64,000 nt of DNA from an uncultured delta proteobacterium (GTDB taxonomy: Bacteria > Myxococcota_A > Polyangia > Polyangiales > Polyangiaceae). Each line of letters opens with the position of its first letter. Position 1 is the first letter of the stretch. Location: NCBI GenBank assembly GCA_963841435.1, contig CAWJCS010000006.1, positions 160,001-224,000 on the forward strand, given 5' to 3'. Below the pieces are notes generated by a model. The model saw only the letters and a list, made by a program, of their open reading frames with translations. It was not told the origin of the DNA and made no database searches. A program made the position numbers and the translations under genes. Below are positions 61,001 through 64,000 of the stretch, piece after piece.

Positions 61001-62680
61001 GGGGCACCGGAAACGATCGTGACCGATGCCAAGCGCCTCGAGCGGGTATTGAAGAACCTGCTGTCCAACGCATTCAAGTTCACCGAGCAGGGGCGCGTGA
61101 CGCTGGAGATGGGGCTCGCCACATACGGCTGGCGCCGCGACCACCTCAATCTCAATCAGGCCGAGGCAGTCATCGCGTTCAGCGTCGTGGACACCGGCAT
61201 CGGCATCGCCGAGGAAAAGCAGAGCATCATCTTCGAGGCCTTCCAGCAGGCCGACGGCACGACGAATCGGCGCTACGGAGGAACGGGGCTCGGACTTTCG
61301 ATCAGCCGCGAGGTGGCGGCGCTTCTCGGCGGCGAGATCGGCGTCGTGAGCGTGCCGGGCATGGGCAGCACCTTCACGTTCTACGTGCCGCGCTCCTACC
61401 AACCGCCCGAGGATCCCTGGCACGTGCCCACGACGCCGCACCACGTCAACGCGGTCCCGCACGGCGGCGGGCCGTCGGCGACGGCTCCCGTCACGGCCGG
61501 TGACGTAGCCGCACCACGCGTTGCGGGCGAATCGCTCGTCCTCGTGGTCGACCGCGATCCGGCATCGGCGCGCGTCATCGGAGACGCCGCGCTCGCGCGC
61601 GGGCTAAAGACGCTGGTGGTCGAAACCGGCGACGAGGCGCTGCGGCTGGGGCGGCGATTGGAACCGAAGAGCATCGTGCTCAGGCTCGAGCTGCCAGACC
61701 TCGACGGGCGCTCGGTCCTCGCTCTGCTCACGGGCGAGCCCGCGACCTCACACACGCCGGTAGCCGCCGTGACGGCAAACGGTCTCGGCGTTAACGCGAT
61801 CCGGCTCGGCGCCGTGGATTGGATCAGTGACCCCGTCCACAGGCCCGCCGCCGACGCGCTGATCGACGCGGCTCTCGAGGCTGCAACGCCGCGCGAGCGC
61901 CGCGTGCTCGTCGTGGAACGCGACGAACGGATGAGACGCGACCTGGTCGACGTCTTGCGGGCTCCCGAGGTCGCCGTGGATGGCGTCGGCGACGGGGGCG
62001 AGGCTCTGGCGGCGCTCGAATCCGATCGCTACGATTGCGTGCTCGCCGCGTTCGGGGTCAACGGGCTCTCGGCGCTGCTCGCCGGGGCGGGCAAGAACCG
62101 TCCGCCGTTCGTGGTTCACTCGCCCCGCCGCCTCGGTCGGGACGAGCGTGCGGCACTGCAGGGCATCTCGCCCCGCGTGATCGTCCGTGACCTCGTTGGG
62201 CCGGGTGCCCTCCTGCTCGAAACGTGTGTTCGGCTGCACCGCCGCGCCAAGGCGCTCACCGAGCACCAGAGATCCCTGCTCGACCAAGTCGCCCGCACGC
62301 CCAAGCTCCCCGACACCAAGATCCTCGTCGTCGACGACGACGTTCGCAACATCTTCGCCATCACGAGCGCCCTCGAGCAGGAGCGAGCCAGCGTCTCGTG
62401 CGCGGAGAACGGGCGTGACGCACTGGAGCTACTCGACCGCAACCCTTCCGTCGATGCAGTGCTGATGGACATCATGATGCCGGATCTCGATGGGTACGAG
62501 ATCATTCGCCGCATTCGCGCCGACGGGCGCTTCGACAGCTTGCCGATCGTGGCCGTCACGGCGAAAGCCATGCAGTCCGACAGGGACAAGTGCATCGAGG
62601 CCGGCGCTACGGACTATATTTCCAAGCCAGTCGACATGCAGCGGCTGCTCGCTTCCCTGCGCGTCCACTTGCGCCCCTGA
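58043..62680 (+). CDS. Poly-HAMP hybrid histidine kinase (HAMP repeats, GAF, HisKA, HATPase, 3 receivers)
   Basis: Repeated [13 protein letters not shown]..GTWx[42 protein letters not shown]. Confidence 0.95.
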   Translation: MHVRPARAAEAASGTELPLVTVLEVLRAVRGGDFSASMPKGLAGAAGDVAEELNEIIRLNRALAEELSRVSVVVGREGKLKQRATLSDAQGGWKECLESVNTVIDDLVRPSHEVGRVIRAVADGDLSQTMALEVDGRRLRGEYLRTARVVNGMVEQLASFASEVTRVAREVGTEGKLGGQARVRGVAGTWRDLTEGVNLMAGNLTAQVRRIAEVTTAVANGDLSKKITVNARGEILELKNTINTMVDQLNSFASEVTRVAREVGTEGKLGGQARVRGVAGTWKDLTDSVNSMASNLTAQVRNIAEVTTAIARGDLSKKITVNVRGEIWELKDTINTMVNQLNAFASEVTRVAREVGTEGNLGGQARVPGVAGTWKDLTDGVNSMASNLTAQVRNIAEVTTAVARGDLSKQISVNVKGEIAELKNTVNTMVDQLNAFASEVTRVAREVGTEGKLGGQARVPGVAGTWMDLTDNVNSMATNLTNQVRGIAKVVTAVAGGDLTLKLALEARGEIAELAETINGMTNTLAIFAQQVLTVAREVGVEGKLGGQAKVPGVAGTWRDLTDNVNELAANLTTQVRAIGDVATAVTKGDLTQYITVEASGEVAALKDHINEMIRNLKDTTQKAKEQDWLKTNLARFTRMLQGQRDLVTVAEQMLSELAPLVAAQHGLVYMRQQGDAEVRLNLVASYAASSHTVKSFRLGEGLVGQCARDKRKIVLSPVPSTYGPIHSGLGPVTPGKLVILPVLFEGQVNAVIELACNEPLSEIHEVFLGQLTESLGIVVNTIAASMRTEALLQQSQSLTQELQTQQEELRQTNERLEHQAATLTESQEQLEAQQEQLRRTNEQLEEKAKLLELKNGEVELAKAELEDKAAQLALTSKYKSEFLANMSHELRTPLNSLLILSKMLADNLEGNLTRNQVDFAHTIVSAGTDLLALINDILDLSKIESGTIAVDLAEVHLADLGEYLAQSFRHVASQKGLEFRVEMRAGAPETIVTDAKRLERVLKNLLSNAFKFTEQGRVTLEMGLATYGWRRDHLNLNQAEAVIAFSVVDTGIGIAEEKQSIIFEAFQQADGTTNRRYGGTGLGLSISREVAALLGGEIGVVSVPGMGSTFTFYVPRSYQPPEDPWHVPTTPHHVNAVPHGGGPSATAPVTAGDVAAPRVAGESLVLVVDRDPASARVIGDAALARGLKTLVVETGDEALRLGRRLEPKSIVLRLELPDLDGRSVLALLTGEPATSHTPVAAVTANGLGVNAIRLGAVDWISDPVHRPAADALIDAALEAATPRERRVLVVERDERMRRDLVDVLRAPEVAVDGVGDGGEALAALESDRYDCVLAAFGVNGLSALLAGAGKNRPPFVVHSPRRLGRDERAALQGISPRVIVRDLVGPGALLLETCVRLHRRAKALTEHQRSLLDQVARTPKLPDTKILVVDDDVRNIFAITSALEQERASVSCAENGRDALELLDRNPSVDAVLMDIMMPDLDGYEIIRRIRADGRFDSLPIVAVTAKAMQSDRDKCIEAGATDYISKPVDMQRLLASLRVHLRP

Positions 62681-62692
62681 GGCGACACGCCC

Positions 62693-64000
62693 ATGGCTCA
62701 GAGCACGCACCAAACGCCGCTTTCACGACCCCCGCCGAGCGAGCGCCTCGAACCGGTCAACGTCCTTTTGGTCGACGACCGCGCCGAGGATCTGCTTTCG
62801 CTCAGCGCGGTGCTCGATGGTCGCGGGTACCGGCTCGTGCGCGCGCGTTCCGGCGCCGAGGCGCTGCGCTGCCTGCTTCGCCAGGATTTCGCCGTCATCC
62901 TGCTCGACATCGTCATGCCGACCATGGATGGCTTCGAGGTTGCGGCGATGATCAAGCAGCGCGAGCGCTCGCGGCACACGCCGATCCTCTTCATGACTGC
63001 CGAGGGTGCCGACGTCGGGCGCCTGTATCGGGCCTACTCGGCGGGCGCCATCGACTGCCTCGAAAAACCGATCGATGTCAACGCGGTGCGCGCGAAAGTA
63101 GCGATCTTCGTGGATCTCTACCGCAAGGAGCTCACGCTGCGGCGTCAGGCGGTGGCTCTCCAGGAAGCCGAGCGGCGTGAGCACAACGTCCAGATTGCGG
63201 CGCTCGAGTTCGCCGCCACGCGGCGCTACGTGAACCTAGCCGAGGCAATTCCACACATCGTCTGGACCGCCTCGCCCGAGGGCGCGCTCGACTACGCGAA
63301 TCGCTGCTGGGTCGAATACACGGGTGTTCCGGTCGACGAGGCGCGCGGTGAAGGCTGGCAGGAGACGCTGCACGCCGACGACCGGGAGCCCTGCCGGCGG
63401 GCCTTCCAGAGCGCCATCGCCGCGGGCGATGCCTTCATGGTCGAGTGCCGGCTACGCCGCGCGGACGGGGCGTACCGCTACCACGTTTGCAGGGCGGCTC
63501 CGGAACGGGACCCGGAGGGCAAGCTCGCCGCGTGGCTCGGCACTTTCACCGATTTCGAAGAAATCAAACAAGCCATCGGTGCACGCGACGAGTTCATGGC
63601 GATCGCATCGCACGAGCTTCGTACGCCGCTCACGGCGCTCAAGCTGCGCATTCAGAGTCTCGTCCGGGTGCGCCAAGGCGATTCCGATCTGCGGGAACGG
63701 CTCGAAGGCGCTCTGCGCCAGACGGGTCGCCTCGAGCGGCTCATCGACAACCTGCTCGACGTGTCGCGAATCGCGACGGGGCACTTGGACGTCGAGCTGG
63801 AACCGCTCGACTTGTCGGAAACGGTACAGGAGGTCGCCGACCGATTCTCCGCGGACGCCGAGCGGGCGGGCGTGACCGTCGAGCTCGACTTGCCCGAAGA
63901 GAGTCAGGGCAGGTGGGACAGGCTGCGCGTCGAGCAGGTTCTTACGAATCTGCTCTCGAACGCTATCAAGTACGGGCAAGGCGGGGGGGTGTGCATCGCG
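62693..64000 (+). CDS. Receiver-PAS-histidine kinase (runs off right edge)
   Basis: ATG 62693; VLLVDD..ILLDIVMPTMDG; PAS (EAIPHIVW, GEGWQETLH); [20 protein letters not shown]. Confidence 0.9.
   Translation, partial: MAQSTHQTPLSRPPPSERLEPVNVLLVDDRAEDLLSLSAVLDGRGYRLVRARSGAEALRCLLRQDFAVILLDIVMPTMDGFEVAAMIKQRERSRHTPILFMTAEGADVGRLYRAYSAGAIDCLEKPIDVNAVRAKVAIFVDLYRKELTLRRQAVALQEAERREHNVQIAALEFAATRRYVNLAEAIPHIVWTASPEGALDYANRCWVEYTGVPVDEARGEGWQETLHADDREPCRRAFQSAIAAGDAFMVECRLRRADGAYRYHVCRAAPERDPEGKLAAWLGTFTDFEEIKQAIGARDEFMAIASHELRTPLTALKLRIQSLVRVRQGDSDLRERLEGALRQTGRLERLIDNLLDVSRIATGHLDVELEPLDLSETVQEVADRFSADAERAGVTVELDLPEESQGRWDRLRVEQVLTNLLSNAIKYGQGGGVCIA

Overview
High-GC DNA with Myxococcota (probably Polyangiaceae/Sorangium-like) hallmarks: Gly-rich-linker lipoproteins, a MYXO-CTERM-type tail, GH16/GH11 enzymes, a Ser/Thr kinase, a poly-HAMP hybrid kinase and a Myxan-type CRISPR repeat. 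The taxonomy is inferred. About the first 40 kb is a rearranged accessory region. It holds four co-oriented IS91/ISCR-like copies plus one internal fragment, none with an intact transposase. The four copies share the 3' end TTTT(C/G)CCAG(T/A)TCG-N5-CCT(T/A)GGCGCC, and a transposase-free copy of that end lies on the minus strand. Between them are a doubly truncated large serine recombinase, an IS66 remnant, the 3' half of an RNase P RNA gene, a complete type I R-M operon with rhuM, an IS630, an orphan 4-spacer CRISPR array fused to a truncated methyltransferase, and many abutting gene fragments. The best candidate for an undescribed system is a repeated module: a conserved promoter, a large secreted Asp-box (propeller-like) protein, and small Cys-rich lipoproteins joined by a conserved 14-nt overlap. 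It occurs twice, plus one orphan 3' cassette with a swapped tip. The last ~24 kb is mostly ordinary metabolic and regulatory genes. Many single-base frameshifts may be sequencing errors and some junctions may be assembly chimeras, so read-level checks are needed. All family assignments come from motif recognition by eye.
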